Source of the DNA: Acidobacteriota bacterium
GTDB taxonomy: Bacteria > Acidobacteriota > UBA890 > WLXD01
NCBI GenBank assembly: GCA_965205505.1
Contig: CBDBHB010000009.1
Coordinates: 512,001-576,000 of the forward strand
Direction: 5' to 3'
DNA: 64,000 nt
The position numbers were made by a program, and so were the translations under genes. Shown here one piece after another: positions 46,547 to 56,150 of the stretch. The notes below the pieces were generated by a model. The model ran no database searches. It saw only the letters and a program-made list of their open reading frames with translations, and was not told the DNA's origin. How positions within the stretch are numbered: the stretch's first letter is position 1; each line of letters starts with the position of its first letter.

Positions 46547-47523
46547 GCGAGTTTTCCGTCGTCCGCGCGGCTGTCGTGCAGGCTGCTCCGGTGCTGTTCG
46601 AGCGTGATGCCACTATCGACAAGCTTGCCGATCTGGTTGCCGACGCCAGCTCAGAGGGAGCGCGTCTCGTGGTGCTGCCAGAGGCGTTCATCCCCGCCTA
46701 CCCACGCGGTCTCTCGTTTGGCGCTGTCGTCGGCAGCCGTAGCGAGGAAGGACGCGACCTGTGGGCTCGCTACTGGGCGAACTCCGTCGACCTGGATGGG
46801 CCGGAGGGCCAGCGAGTCGCCGATATCGCCGCCCAAAACAGCGTCTATCTGGCAGTCGGAATGATCGAGAAGGACTCCGAGTTCGGTGCCGGAACGCTTT
46901 ATTGCACGGTGGCTTACTTCGGCCCCGATGGCACACTGCTCGCCAAGCATCGGAAGCTGAAACCGACCGGGTCAGAGCGCCTGATCTGGGGCGAGGGCGA
47001 CGGCAGCACGCTGAGCACAGTGCACACTGAGTGGGCAACTCTTGGCGGTCTCATCTGCTGGGAGAACTACATGCCGCTCGCCCGGGCGACGATGTACGCC
47101 AAAGGTGTCGAGATCTACATTGCGCCGACCGCCGACTGCCGAGATACGTGGCAGGCGACGATGCGACACATCGCCGTAGAAGGTCGCTGCTTCGTGCTTG
47201 GCTGCAATCAGTTCGTTACGCGCGCCATGTATCCGGACGACCTGCGCGCCAGCGCTGAGATTCAAGACCTTCCGGAAGAGGTGTGCCGCGGCGGCAGCGT
47301 CGTGTACTCGCCACAGGGAGAGCTTCTTGCCGGACCGCTATACGGTGCTGAGGGAACGCTGGTCGTCGAGCTGGACATGCGCGAGACAACCCGCGGCAAG
47401 TACGCTTTCGACTCGGTGGGACACTACGGTCGCCACGACGTGTTTCGTTTGAGCGTCGACGAGCGGCCACAGCGCCCGTTGCACGGGGGCGATCCCGAAA
47501 ACCGTGCCCAGGGCGATTCATGA
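46543..47523 (+). CDS. Nitrilase (carbon-nitrogen hydrolase)
   Basis: PEAFIPAYP, HRKLKPT, ICWENYMP (E-K-C triad). Confidence 0.92.
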   Translation: MSEFSVVRAAVVQAAPVLFERDATIDKLADLVADASSEGARLVVLPEAFIPAYPRGLSFGAVVGSRSEEGRDLWARYWANSVDLDGPEGQRVADIAAQNSVYLAVGMIEKDSEFGAGTLYCTVAYFGPDGTLLAKHRKLKPTGSERLIWGEGDGSTLSTVHTEWATLGGLICWENYMPLARATMYAKGVEIYIAPTADCRDTWQATMRHIAVEGRCFVLGCNQFVTRAMYPDDLRASAEIQDLPEEVCRGGSVVYSPQGELLAGPLYGAEGTLVVELDMRETTRGKYAFDSVGHYGRHDVFRLSVDERPQRPLHGGDPENRAQGDS

Positions 47524-48485
47524 GCGAGCTAGCAATTAGCTACGACGACGTGGTGGCCGCCGCCTGGCGCCTGCGCGGTGTCGCGCATCGGACGCCCGTG
47601 TTGAGCTCGCGCAGTTTCAACGAGCGCTGCGGCGGCACCGTGTTCTTCAAGTGCGAGAGCTTCCAGCGCACCGGGGCATTCAAGTTTCGTGGGGCGTACA
47701 ACGCGCTGTCGAAGTTATCTCCAGATGAGGCGGCCCGCGGGGTGGTGGCCTACTCGAGTGGCAACCACGCGCAGGCGATGGCGCTTGCCGGCAAGCTCCT
47801 CGAAATCCCGGTTACGATCGTCATGCCCGACGACGCAGCGCAGGTGAAGGTCGACGCGACGCGCGGCTACGGGGCAGAGATCGTCACGTACGACCCGCAC
47901 ACCGAGCAACGCGAGGAGCTCGGGGCGGCGATCCGCGACGAGCGTGGCTTGGTGCTGGTGCCGCCCTTCGATCACCCCGACATCGTCGCGGGGCAGGGGA
48001 CAGCCGCGCTCGAGCTGCTTCGAGAGACGGGAGAGCTCGACATGCTCCTGACACCGTGTGGCGGTGCTGGCCTGCTGTCGGGGTGTGCTATCGCCGCTAC
48101 CGCGATGGCGCCCGGCTGCCGGGTGATCGGGGTTGAGCCCGAGGCCGGGGACGACGCCAATCGCTCGTTTCGTAGCGGCAAGCTCGAGCGCGTCGAGTAT
48201 CCTGACACCATCGCTGACGGTGCCCGAACGCTGTCGCTCGGGCAGATCACCTTCGCGATCGTTTGCTCCAAGGTAGCCGACATGGCGACAGTATCGGACG
48301 AAGCGTTGCTGCGAACGATGCGGTTCTTGTTCGAGCGTCTCAAGATCGTCGTCGAGCCCACTGGCGCGCTTGCGGCGGCGGCCGTCCTGGAGCACGTCGT
48401 CGATGTGCATGACCTTCGCGTCGGGGTCGTGCTCAGTGGCGGCAACGTCGATCCGACAAGAATCGGCGCATGGTTCAGCGACTGA
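47520..48485 (+). CDS. PLP-dependent threo-3-hydroxyaspartate ammonia-lyase / serine-threonine dehydratase
   Basis: GAFKFRGA, SSGNHAQ, GQGT, GGAGL, EPTGA, SGGN. Confidence 0.9.
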   Translation: MSELAISYDDVVAAAWRLRGVAHRTPVLSSRSFNERCGGTVFFKCESFQRTGAFKFRGAYNALSKLSPDEAARGVVAYSSGNHAQAMALAGKLLEIPVTIVMPDDAAQVKVDATRGYGAEIVTYDPHTEQREELGAAIRDERGLVLVPPFDHPDIVAGQGTAALELLRETGELDMLLTPCGGAGLLSGCAIAATAMAPGCRVIGVEPEAGDDANRSFRSGKLERVEYPDTIADGARTLSLGQITFAIVCSKVADMATVSDEALLRTMRFLFERLKIVVEPTGALAAAAVLEHVVDVHDLRVGVVLSGGNVDPTRIGAWFSD

Positions 48486-48617
48486 ACCCCGAAGGCACAA
48501 CCGGCCGCCCCTTCGCGTACCTCGTCGTGGCGAGCTAACGGTCTGGTGCAATGGCGCATGGTGGCCCTGTACACTCTGTTTGCCAATTGCTGGGTGTGCG
48601 TAGGGGGGGGGTTGCAT

Positions 48618-48965
48618 GTGAGTCAAGCACAGGATGATCGCCGGACTCATGATCGGCGGCCAATGGCGCTGCCGATTGTTCTCGACGTCGAGATACACGG
48701 CTACGATGGCGCCGAAAACCCCTTTCGCGCCACCGGCGAGACCGTCAACGTAGGCTGCGGCGGGCTCATGGCGCATCTCGATCAAGGAGTGTCGCCGGGG
48801 GTACGCTGCTTGACACATTTTCCGCGCGGGGCTGGCAAGATCGGCCGCACGATGATCTACGGTACGGTGAGTCGGTCGGAGCTCAGCGGCTCGGGTCACG
48901 AGGTCGCCGTCGTGTTCGACACAGCGCTACGGCAGGTGGAGATGCCAGCAACAGCGAAGCCCTGA
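48618..48965 (+). CDS. Stand-alone PilZ-like domain protein
   Basis: RRTHDR (RxxxR) and NVGCGG motif; ends VAVVF. Confidence 0.6.
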   Translation: MSQAQDDRRTHDRRPMALPIVLDVEIHGYDGAENPFRATGETVNVGCGGLMAHLDQGVSPGVRCLTHFPRGAGKIGRTMIYGTVSRSELSGSGHEVAVVFDTALRQVEMPATAKP

Positions 48966-49018
48966 TTGCTCCGGACGACCGGCGTGCTTGCTGGTCGCGC
49001 CGCCGGTTCTCGGTGGCG

Positions 49019-49425
49019 TCAGTTTGTCGCCGGAGCCTGCATGAAGTTCCCGTTCCACACCACCAAGTCGCATTCGAACGGGTCGCCGTTCCATCCAGCC
49101 GGCGCAGCCGGCCCCGACACACCGTCGGATCCCAGCGACGACAGCGTGTAGGAGTCGGTGGTGTGCTCGTAGCTCCAGGCGAAGCCCCAGCGGTCGAGCG
49201 GAAGCACTACGGCCAGGTAGTACGGCTGCAGGTCGGCGAAGGTGAGGTGTCGGCATGGTCGCCCTTGTCGACTGCGTGCGCGCCGTTGGCGCCGGCGATG
49301 GTGCGCAGATCGGCCAGCGTGCCTCGCTGGCGGGCGCGATCGTGGGCGGTAATGAACTGCGCTACGCCTATCATTGATAGGACCATCACCATTGCCATGA
49401 TGACGAGCAACTCGATGAGCGAGAA
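49019..49425 (-). pseudogene. Degenerate type IV pilin / GspG-like pseudopilin
   Basis: FSLIELLVIMAM N-methylation motif, RARQR.T.ADL, frameshift at ~49246, then D.WG..WSY...YTLSSLGSDG. Confidence 0.7.
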
Positions 49426-49920
49426 TCAGTCCGTACCGGTCGCTTTTAGTCGCGCTTCCTGTGACGGCGTTCCGTGGCGCGCCTTCAGCGTCTCCGAAAG
49501 CTTGTTCAGGTCGTCGACGACCTCTACGAACTCGTCCTCGGCGCGCAGCTGCGAATGCATGTCGTAGTCGCCTTCGGTGAGCCTGCGGATGTGTCGGCTG
49601 ATGGGCACCAGCGGTCCGACAAAAATGTGCAGAACGACAACCGTAAACACGGCCGTGGCGATGCCGAGGATCGGTAGTATCCAAACGACGCGCAACAGCT
49701 CGGCGCGGATGGTGACGTCGATCACCTGAGCGAGCGCTGCAGCGCTGGCGCCCGCTTCGCTGAGGATGCGTTCAAGGACACGGCGAACAGTTAGGTAGGA
49801 GACTAGCTGAGCGACTCCGGCGCCGATCGAGGCGAGGAAGAAGAACATCAGCGCGTAGCGGAGCTGCAGGCGCGGTCGGAACAGGTAGTTGCGCAGTCGT
49901 CGTCTGCTGTCTCTGGCCAT
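49426..49920 (-). CDS. Small two-TM HAMP-domain membrane protein
   Basis: RRLRNYLF..RLQLRY, two TM helices, GPL...GDY...LRAEDEF HAMP pattern. Confidence 0.75.
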   Translation of the reverse strand: MARDSRRRLRNYLFRPRLQLRYALMFFFLASIGAGVAQLVSYLTVRRVLERILSEAGASAAALAQVIDVTIRAELLRVVWILPILGIATAVFTVVVLHIFVGPLVPISRHIRRLTEGDYDMHSQLRAEDEFVEVVDDLNKLSETLKARHGTPSQEARLKATGTD

Positions 49921-50111
49921 CGAGCCCTCGTAGGTATCAGTACCGACAAGTACTGACCGTTTGATGGTTGAATCAGAAGACGAAAATCATCTGGAGTCAT
50001 TTTTACCTATGTTTACGTATTAGAAATGTACCGTGATCAGGTGAGGCCGGCCCAGGACTAGGTTGCGCCGGCGCCGACTCACTCCTCGGCGACGTCCTTG
50101 GCGGCGGGACT

Positions 50112-51005
50112 CTACCCGTGACCGGCCTCGCGCTTGACGACGCGCTCGAGCGGCTGCAGGGTCGCTTGTGGTCGAAACGCCTCCCGTGCCGCCAAGTCGT
50201 AGCGATCTCCAGGGGCGAGGAAGTAAAAGTCGCCACCGCTGTCGATGCGGCGCTGCGAATCGTAGATTGCCACGTAGCTGCGACCGATCACCTCGAACCG
50301 GTTGCCGCGCACGACGATGGCGGTGTGCTCGTCGATCCCGATGCCGAGCAGGTCCGGCCGTGCTGCGACGATCTCGAGTAGGTCGAACTGGCGGTTGCGT
50401 TGCAGCAGATGCTGATCGATCGCAACTCCGGTGACGAACGCGAAGCCCTCCTCATGATCGCCCATCATGATGGTGTTCCCGTTTGTATCGCCGCGCGCTA
50501 GATACTCGCCCTGGATCGTTGCTCCGGCCGACGAGCCGCCGATCACGCCGCCCCGACCAAGCAAGGCGCGTAGCTCGGCCTCGACCCGTGTCCCCAGGTA
50601 CGCATCGGCGAGCCGCCATTGCCGGCCACCGGTGAACCATACGCCCCGTGCCCGTCGGATGGGTGCCGCGAAGCCATCGCGGTTGGCGATGTCGGGATCG
50701 TAAGTGTGCAGCAGCGTAAGCCGCGACGCCCCGGCCTCGCGAAAGGCGGCCATGCCGTCCCAGCTGAGGTCATAGTCGGGGGCGCCCCCGGCGGTGGGGA
50801 TTACCACGATCGGGGCGTCGTTGCCGCCCGCGAGCTGCATGAAACGCTCCAGGATCTGTGGGTCGCGCATGCCGCCGCCGACGATGACCAGTGCGCCGCG
50901 CTCGGGGCCTCGCTGGGCGGTTGCCGGCGCGGCCAGCAGCAGCAAAGCTGCCGACGTGGCGGCAATGAGCGCGACGGTACGTATCTGGCGTGTGGCTCGC
51001 AACAT
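50112..51005 (-). CDS. Secreted cyanophycinase-like peptidase (S51)
   Basis: IVGGG, IPTA, FTGGRQ, GSSAGA, IDQH, GIDEHTA; signal peptide. Confidence 0.9.
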   Translation of the reverse strand: MLRATRQIRTVALIAATSAALLLLAAPATAQRGPERGALVIVGGGMRDPQILERFMQLAGGNDAPIVVIPTAGGAPDYDLSWDGMAAFREAGASRLTLLHTYDPDIANRDGFAAPIRRARGVWFTGGRQWRLADAYLGTRVEAELRALLGRGGVIGGSSAGATIQGEYLARGDTNGNTIMMGDHEEGFAFVTGVAIDQHLLQRNRQFDLLEIVAARPDLLGIGIDEHTAIVVRGNRFEVIGRSYVAIYDSQRRIDSGGDFYFLAPGDRYDLAAREAFRPQATLQPLERVVKREAGHG

Positions 51006-51139
51006 GGGCTGCTCCTTCCTCGATGGAGGGGTGAGCCCGCAATGCTAACGCGCCGTCGCGGCGGTGGTCCGATGTAGATTCGCCGGTGCCCCGCCCACGG
51101 TGTCGTCGACTTCGAGAGCCGTGTGCGAACCGCTTGGTG

Positions 51140-51163
51140 CTAGTGTCCTGAGTCAGGACACTA
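51140..51163. repeat. Family A palindrome TAGTGTCCTGAGTCAGGACACTA
   Basis: 11-bp perfect arms; supplies the stop codon of the CPBP gene; copy at 1887. Confidence 0.75.
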
Positions 51164-52822
51164 AATGTGTGTGGCGGCCGTGGGGCCGGATCGCCTACGG
51201 CCGGCGAAGAAGCCCACCACTCCTGGCACCAGCGCCAGCCCGATGATGGCCAGTCCACTTATCAGATAGGTCGAGTTGCCGCTCGTGACCAACGGAATCC
51301 CGAGCGCCACCGCGTCGATCACATAGTGGGCAACAATGCATGTCACCAGGCCATAGTGCAGGAACGCGATCCCGAAGAGGACGCCCGCGATAGTCAACTC
51401 GATGCCGCGGATGTATACCGGAAACACCGGGTATGTCGAGTGGCCGAAGGCCCAGATTGCAGCAGGGACGATCAACGCCACGGTGGTCGACCCCGATAGC
51501 TTCTTAAACAGTGAGATCCCGAACAGGCGGTAGATGGTTTCCTCGGAGATCGCGGCAACGAGAGAGATGGTCAGCGGTGTGAGAAACGGGAACAGGTTGT
51601 TGAAGATCTCCGAGTAGGGGCCCTCGGCGGGTAGCCAAGCGCCCATGTAGCGTTGTGCAAACCAGTAGAAGCCGGTGAGGAAGCCGAGCAGCGCGGCCGC
51701 CAGCGCATAGCCGCGTAGCGCCGCCGCGCTGAATTCTCTACTAAAGAGTTTTCCGCGGGCCGTGGCGGCGAGCCCACGGACGCTGTCGGGGAAGTGGTCG
51801 CGTGCCATCGACTCACCTGCCGCAGCGCAGAACACGATTGGCACGAAATAGATTAGTAGACCGAGCACAAGTAACCCGATCGCACCGACGCCAACGTAGA
51901 CAGGGAACGAGATTTGTGTTTGGTACGCGAATGCAAACATTGGCCAGGTGGTGGCCATGGCTGCCCAGAACGCGACCGTCACCACGCCGGCAAACACGAC
52001 GGAAAGGCGCCAATCGATGGCATCCGTACGGAAGCGACGAATTGCGATGAAACCGGCCGCGACGGCCATCGCAATCATGAGCCCGATGGCACCAAGCGCC
52101 AGGAACTGACCGACGCTCAGTGTTCTTTGCAGTTCCCGCGAAAACTGTTCCGGAACGCGAACCGTACGCACATAGCCCCCGATCTCATCTCCGAGTACCC
52201 GAATAGATACACGCGAGTAGCCAGTGCCAACGTCGGAGCCGTCTTCCTTCCATACGATGTCGGTACCGCTGACCTTCCATACAAAGAGATGGTCAGTGCG
52301 ATTGTCTTTCCTGTCGGCAGAGGAGGACACCGCCTCGAGTTGCGATAGATTCCACTCGTGCTCTCCGAGGAAGGCCTCAGCAATGCTGCGTGCCGTGCTC
52401 TCGTCGAGATCGGCCCCGGGAGCCGCTTCCTCGACGATGTGGCGAAAGCCCACGAGCTCACCATCAACTCCGACTTCCGCGAGCCATTCCTCGGTCTCGA
52501 GTGGCTTGAACCAGCGCACATTCCACAACCAGATCGGGACTTCCTCCCTGGCCCAGCGTCCGGCTTCGTCGTCACCCACGGTGCGCTGAAGGAAGATCAG
52601 CGCCTCGCTCTCGCCCGAGAAGATCGCCGCGTGTCGGAAATCGCTTAGCTCGGCGCCCAGTCCCTCGACAAACTCGGTGGCCTTGGCTACAGCTTCTTCG
52701 CGAGTGACCTGCATCTCTACCAGCGCCAGCGGGAACGCCGACTGATAGAGCGAGACGACCACCGCCAAACCGACCACGCCGAGGACGGTCAGCACGAGAT
52801 CGGAGCGGCTGAGCTTCAGCAT
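51161..52822 (-). CDS. CPBP (Abi/CAAX) intramembrane glutamic endopeptidase with large extracytoplasmic domain
   Basis: SEETIYR, WAFGH, AHYVID motifs; multiple TM helices. Confidence 0.88.
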   Translation of the reverse strand: MLKLSRSDLVLTVLGVVGLAVVVSLYQSAFPLALVEMQVTREEAVAKATEFVEGLGAELSDFRHAAIFSGESEALIFLQRTVGDDEAGRWAREEVPIWLWNVRWFKPLETEEWLAEVGVDGELVGFRHIVEEAAPGADLDESTARSIAEAFLGEHEWNLSQLEAVSSSADRKDNRTDHLFVWKVSGTDIVWKEDGSDVGTGYSRVSIRVLGDEIGGYVRTVRVPEQFSRELQRTLSVGQFLALGAIGLMIAMAVAAGFIAIRRFRTDAIDWRLSVVFAGVVTVAFWAAMATTWPMFAFAYQTQISFPVYVGVGAIGLLVLGLLIYFVPIVFCAAAGESMARDHFPDSVRGLAATARGKLFSREFSAAALRGYALAAALLGFLTGFYWFAQRYMGAWLPAEGPYSEIFNNLFPFLTPLTISLVAAISEETIYRLFGISLFKKLSGSTTVALIVPAAIWAFGHSTYPVFPVYIRGIELTIAGVLFGIAFLHYGLVTCIVAHYVIDAVALGIPLVTSGNSTYLISGLAIIGLALVPGVVGFFAGRRRSGPTAATHI

Positions 52823-52882
52823 CGTTTACTCCGGCGGAAAACAAGAACGCTCGCTACGGATTTTGGCTACCGACAGAGAATA

Positions 52883-52926
52883 GCCTGGCCCCCCCGTCGG
52901 GCCGAAGCCCTTAGCGGGGTCAGGCC
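52883..52926 (-). terminator. GC-rich hairpin with UUCG tetraloop between ABC permease and CPBP genes
   Basis: GGGC-TTCG-GCCC on the minus strand inside a larger GCCTGACCCC...GGGGCCAGGC stem; U-tract weak. Confidence 0.35.
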
Positions 52927-52927
52927 A

Positions 52928-53782
52928 CTAGCCGCCACCGGGGGCGCGGGTCATTTGGAACGCCGGCGCTATCAACGCCGCCACCACGTAGACGGCCCCG
53001 ATCACCGCTACGGTCACCAGCAGGTTACGTCGATCGATGGGCTCGCTGCTCTCCCAGCGGAACAGACGACTATTGGCCCAGATGCCGACGCCCATGGTCG
53101 CAAAAAGCACGGCGATGGGGCCCGCCAGCTCGGGCAATCCATATCCTCTGACCATCACGCCGTGGAGCGACTCGACAAGGTAGCTCGAGGGGATGAGCCG
53201 CGATGCTGTTTGCGCCCACTCTGGAAGCATGAAGGCGGGCAATGCGGCACCCGATCCGAACACCAGGGGAAAGAACAGCAGGTTGGTGATGGCGGGAGCG
53301 CTGCGCATGTCCTGCGCCACGCTGCCGACAAATAGCCCCAGCGGCACGAACGCCGCCGCGCCGATCAACAGCACCAACACGGTGAGCAACAGCGAGCCGT
53401 CGACTTGATAGCGGAACACCAGCCAACCCACGGTCGCCTGCGTGGCGATGGCCAACGACATGGTGACAACGGCCCGAATGCCGTTCGCTAACACGATCGT
53501 CGTAGGCGATACCGGTGTGGCGCGATAGCGTCGTAGGATGCCGGACTCGCGTTCCTTCACCATCAAGTACGAGACGCCGAAAAACGCTCCTGACATGATG
53601 GTGATGGTGAACAAACCCGGCATCATCAGCACCTTGTCTCCGACGCTGCGGAAGAAGATGAAGCCGTAGAGGAAGAGCCAGATGAGCGGGAACAGGAGGT
53701 TCCAGAACAGCGAGGTCGGTGAGCGGAAAGCCTGCAGCAGCCCGGCGTGCGTAAGCGGGCCCAATCCGCGCAAGTAGCTCAC
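52928..53782 (-). CDS. ABC-2 type exporter permease
   Basis: FWNLLFP, ERESGILRRYRATP, FGSGA..P..LP.W. Confidence 0.9.
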   Translation of the reverse strand: MSYLRGLGPLTHAGLLQAFRSPTSLFWNLLFPLIWLFLYGFIFFRSVGDKVLMMPGLFTITIMSGAFFGVSYLMVKERESGILRRYRATPVSPTTIVLANGIRAVVTMSLAIATQATVGWLVFRYQVDGSLLLTVLVLLIGAAAFVPLGLFVGSVAQDMRSAPAITNLLFFPLVFGSGAALPAFMLPEWAQTASRLIPSSYLVESLHGVMVRGYGLPELAGPIAVLFATMGVGIWANSRLFRWESSEPIDRRNLLVTVAVIGAVYVVAALIAPAFQMTRAPGGG

Positions 53783-54711
53783 GGCAAGACCTCCTCCGCG
53801 CGCTCTTCTTTGATGTCGCCTCCCATCAGCTCCAGATAGACGTCCTCAAGCGTTGGGCGCTTGAGCCGGAGGTCGATCAATCGCAGGCGCTGCGATCTCA
53901 GCATGTCGCCCAGGGCCAGAATCGTGGCGGTAGGATCGCCGGTCGAGAACTTGTGATGAACGCCCTGCTGCCCGAGTGCCTCCACGCCGGCGGCCAACAT
54001 CGGTGCAGGATCCATGGTGCCGTCCACCTGGATCCAGATAGTAGAGGATTCCTTCGACTTGCCGACCAGATCAAAGGGTGTGCCGTCGGCCACGATCTCG
54101 CCCTGTCGCAGCATGATGACGCGATCGCACAGGTGCTCGGCCTCCTCGATGTAATGCGTGGTCAGCAGGGTGGTACGCCCCTGGTCACGCAGCTCTCGAA
54201 CAATCTGGTGCAGGTCTCGGCGCGCTTTCGGATCGAGACCTGTCGTGGGCTCGTCGAGCATCACCAGCTCGGGGTCATGGATGAGCGCGATGCCGACCAC
54301 CAGCCGTTGCTTCTGGCCGCCCGACAGGGTGTCGGCCTTCTGGCCGGCCAGCCCCTCGAGGTCAACTCGCTCGAGGATGGCATCCGCAGATTGCGCCGAC
54401 TCGTAGAACGACGCGAACAGCCGGAGCACCTCGCGCACCGTGAGCTCCGTCGGCAGCGCCGTAGTTTGCAGCTGTACCCCGAGTCGCTCCTTCAGCTTGC
54501 GGCTCTGTGTCGCGGGATCGAGTCCGAGCACCGAGACGCTGCCCGACGTCGGCTGCCGGAGCCCCTCGAAGATCTCCACGAGCGTCGTCTTGCCGGCGCC
54601 ATTGGGACCCAAGATCCCCACCACCCCGCCGCTGTCGATGTCGAGATCAATGCCACGGAGCGCTGCCGTCGAGCCGTACTCTTTCCGCAGCCCTGCTGCC
54701 TGGATCACCAT
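53779..54711 (-). CDS. ABC transporter ATP-binding protein
   Basis: GPNGAGKTT, LSGGQ, LDEPTTGLD, TTH. Confidence 0.95.
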   Translation of the reverse strand: MVIQAAGLRKEYGSTAALRGIDLDIDSGGVVGILGPNGAGKTTLVEIFEGLRQPTSGSVSVLGLDPATQSRKLKERLGVQLQTTALPTELTVREVLRLFASFYESAQSADAILERVDLEGLAGQKADTLSGGQKQRLVVGIALIHDPELVMLDEPTTGLDPKARRDLHQIVRELRDQGRTTLLTTHYIEEAEHLCDRVIMLRQGEIVADGTPFDLVGKSKESSTIWIQVDGTMDPAPMLAAGVEALGQQGVHHKFSTGDPTATILALGDMLRSQRLRLIDLRLKRPTLEDVYLELMGGDIKEERAEEVLP

Positions 54712-54718
54712 GCGTGGG

Positions 54719-55987
54719 TCAGCGTGTCGCCGTGCTCGATGTCGACCGTGGTGCCACCAACACCGGAAAACCGGCGTCTCTGAGCGCCAGATAAATACCG
54801 CCGATTCCGAGAATGATCGCCACCATCCGGATCAAGAAACCGACGTAGGGGATCGCCGCGACGAGGACGAGCAGCAGCAAGCCCACGGCGAGCGAAAGGT
54901 ACTCTGACGAGCCCTCTCGGCCCAGGCGGCTCAGCAACCAGTCGCCGACGAACTGCGCCGCTACCAATCGCGCGATGAACGCGCCGAGCCCGAATAGCAG
55001 TAGCCCGACGACGCCCAAGGGCAGGGTTACGATGAGGGCGATAGCGACAAGACACGCGCCCGGGAAGACCACCGCCACTACGAAGCCGAAACCGAGCCCC
55101 GGCGCCGGGTTGTTGCGCAAGCTCGTTGCCGGCGCACGCGCCGCGGGGCCGCCCAACAGCAGAAATACGGCGCCGACGATCAGGTTGCTCAGATACGTCC
55201 AGGCCGTCCAGGCGATGCCCCAGAAGCTGAAGCGCGCCACCTCGTCGGCCTCTGCGTCATCGGAGTCTACCTCGCGGTTCCAGCTCAGCGCGCCGCCGAT
55301 CTGCGCCGTGTCGGCGATCTCGGCCTCCTCGTTCGACTCGTAGGTGACGTCGCCGTGGACGATGGCGGATTCCGCCAGCGCCAGCTTGCCGACCTCCATG
55401 TCGATGGCGTACGCAGTGCCGCCGATGTTGGCACTGCCGGCGCTGCCGAGAATTGCTCCGTGCACCATTCCGTCCAAGTTGATCGAGCCGCAGAAACAAA
55501 TCACGTTGCCATGGATGATCGCGCCCTCGAGGATCGAGACGCCGCCAGTGCCCACGTAAAGATCGCCGTCGATTTCTCCCGACACCATGACGCCTCCTGC
55601 CCACGCGAAGACGTCGCCCTCGACGTGTCCGGAGACGGTGCCCGTTTGTGCACCGAAGAAGGCGTTGTGCCCGACACGTCCGGCCAAGGTGACACTTTGG
55701 CCCCACAGAAAGATGTCGCCGCCGACGTCGCGGACGCGCTCGCTCAGCACGCTGGCGAACCGCGGTCGTTCCGGGGGCTCGACGGCCGCTGCCGCAGGTG
55801 CTTGCGCTACGGAGGTCGCGGCCGGCGGCTCCGTGGGGTCCTGTGCCGGCAACGGAGCGGTTGTCGCGGCGGCACCCTCCTCGATCCCGGCCGCCATCGG
55901 TGCCAGCCACAGAAACATGCCGACGCATACGAGGCACACGGTGGTCGAAGCGGCGGCGGGGATCCTCAGCCGAGTGGCGATTCTCAT
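54719..55987 (-). CDS. Bactofilin-like beta-helix repeat membrane protein
   Basis: Signal peptide; repeated V.GD/I.G.V Gly-rich units; five C-terminal TM helices ending IPYVG. Confidence 0.7.
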   Translation of the reverse strand: MRIATRLRIPAAASTTVCLVCVGMFLWLAPMAAGIEEGAAATTAPLPAQDPTEPPAATSVAQAPAAAAVEPPERPRFASVLSERVRDVGGDIFLWGQSVTLAGRVGHNAFFGAQTGTVSGHVEGDVFAWAGGVMVSGEIDGDLYVGTGGVSILEGAIIHGNVICFCGSINLDGMVHGAILGSAGSANIGGTAYAIDMEVGKLALAESAIVHGDVTYESNEEAEIADTAQIGGALSWNREVDSDDAEADEVARFSFWGIAWTAWTYLSNLIVGAVFLLLGGPAARAPATSLRNNPAPGLGFGFVVAVVFPGACLVAIALIVTLPLGVVGLLLFGLGAFIARLVAAQFVGDWLLSRLGREGSSEYLSLAVGLLLLVLVAAIPYVGFLIRMVAIILGIGGIYLALRDAGFPVLVAPRSTSSTATR

Positions 55988-56150
55988 GCGTAGTTTCCGA
56001 CGTTCTGCAGGCAACGTAGCAGGGCAGTCTGCAGTATCGCAGCCTCGTGGGGACACGCCCACGGAATGAAGCGGAATGGCCGGGTGGCCGTGCCACTGGT
56101 CGATAGCATCGTTCGAGTGGCCACCCCGGTGGCGGCTGCCGCGGTTGTAG

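Noticed and set aside
49940-50035. AT-rich patch as foreign DNA or an att site
   Set aside because: Short and directly upstream of the HAMP gene, so most simply a promoter region; no integrase nearby
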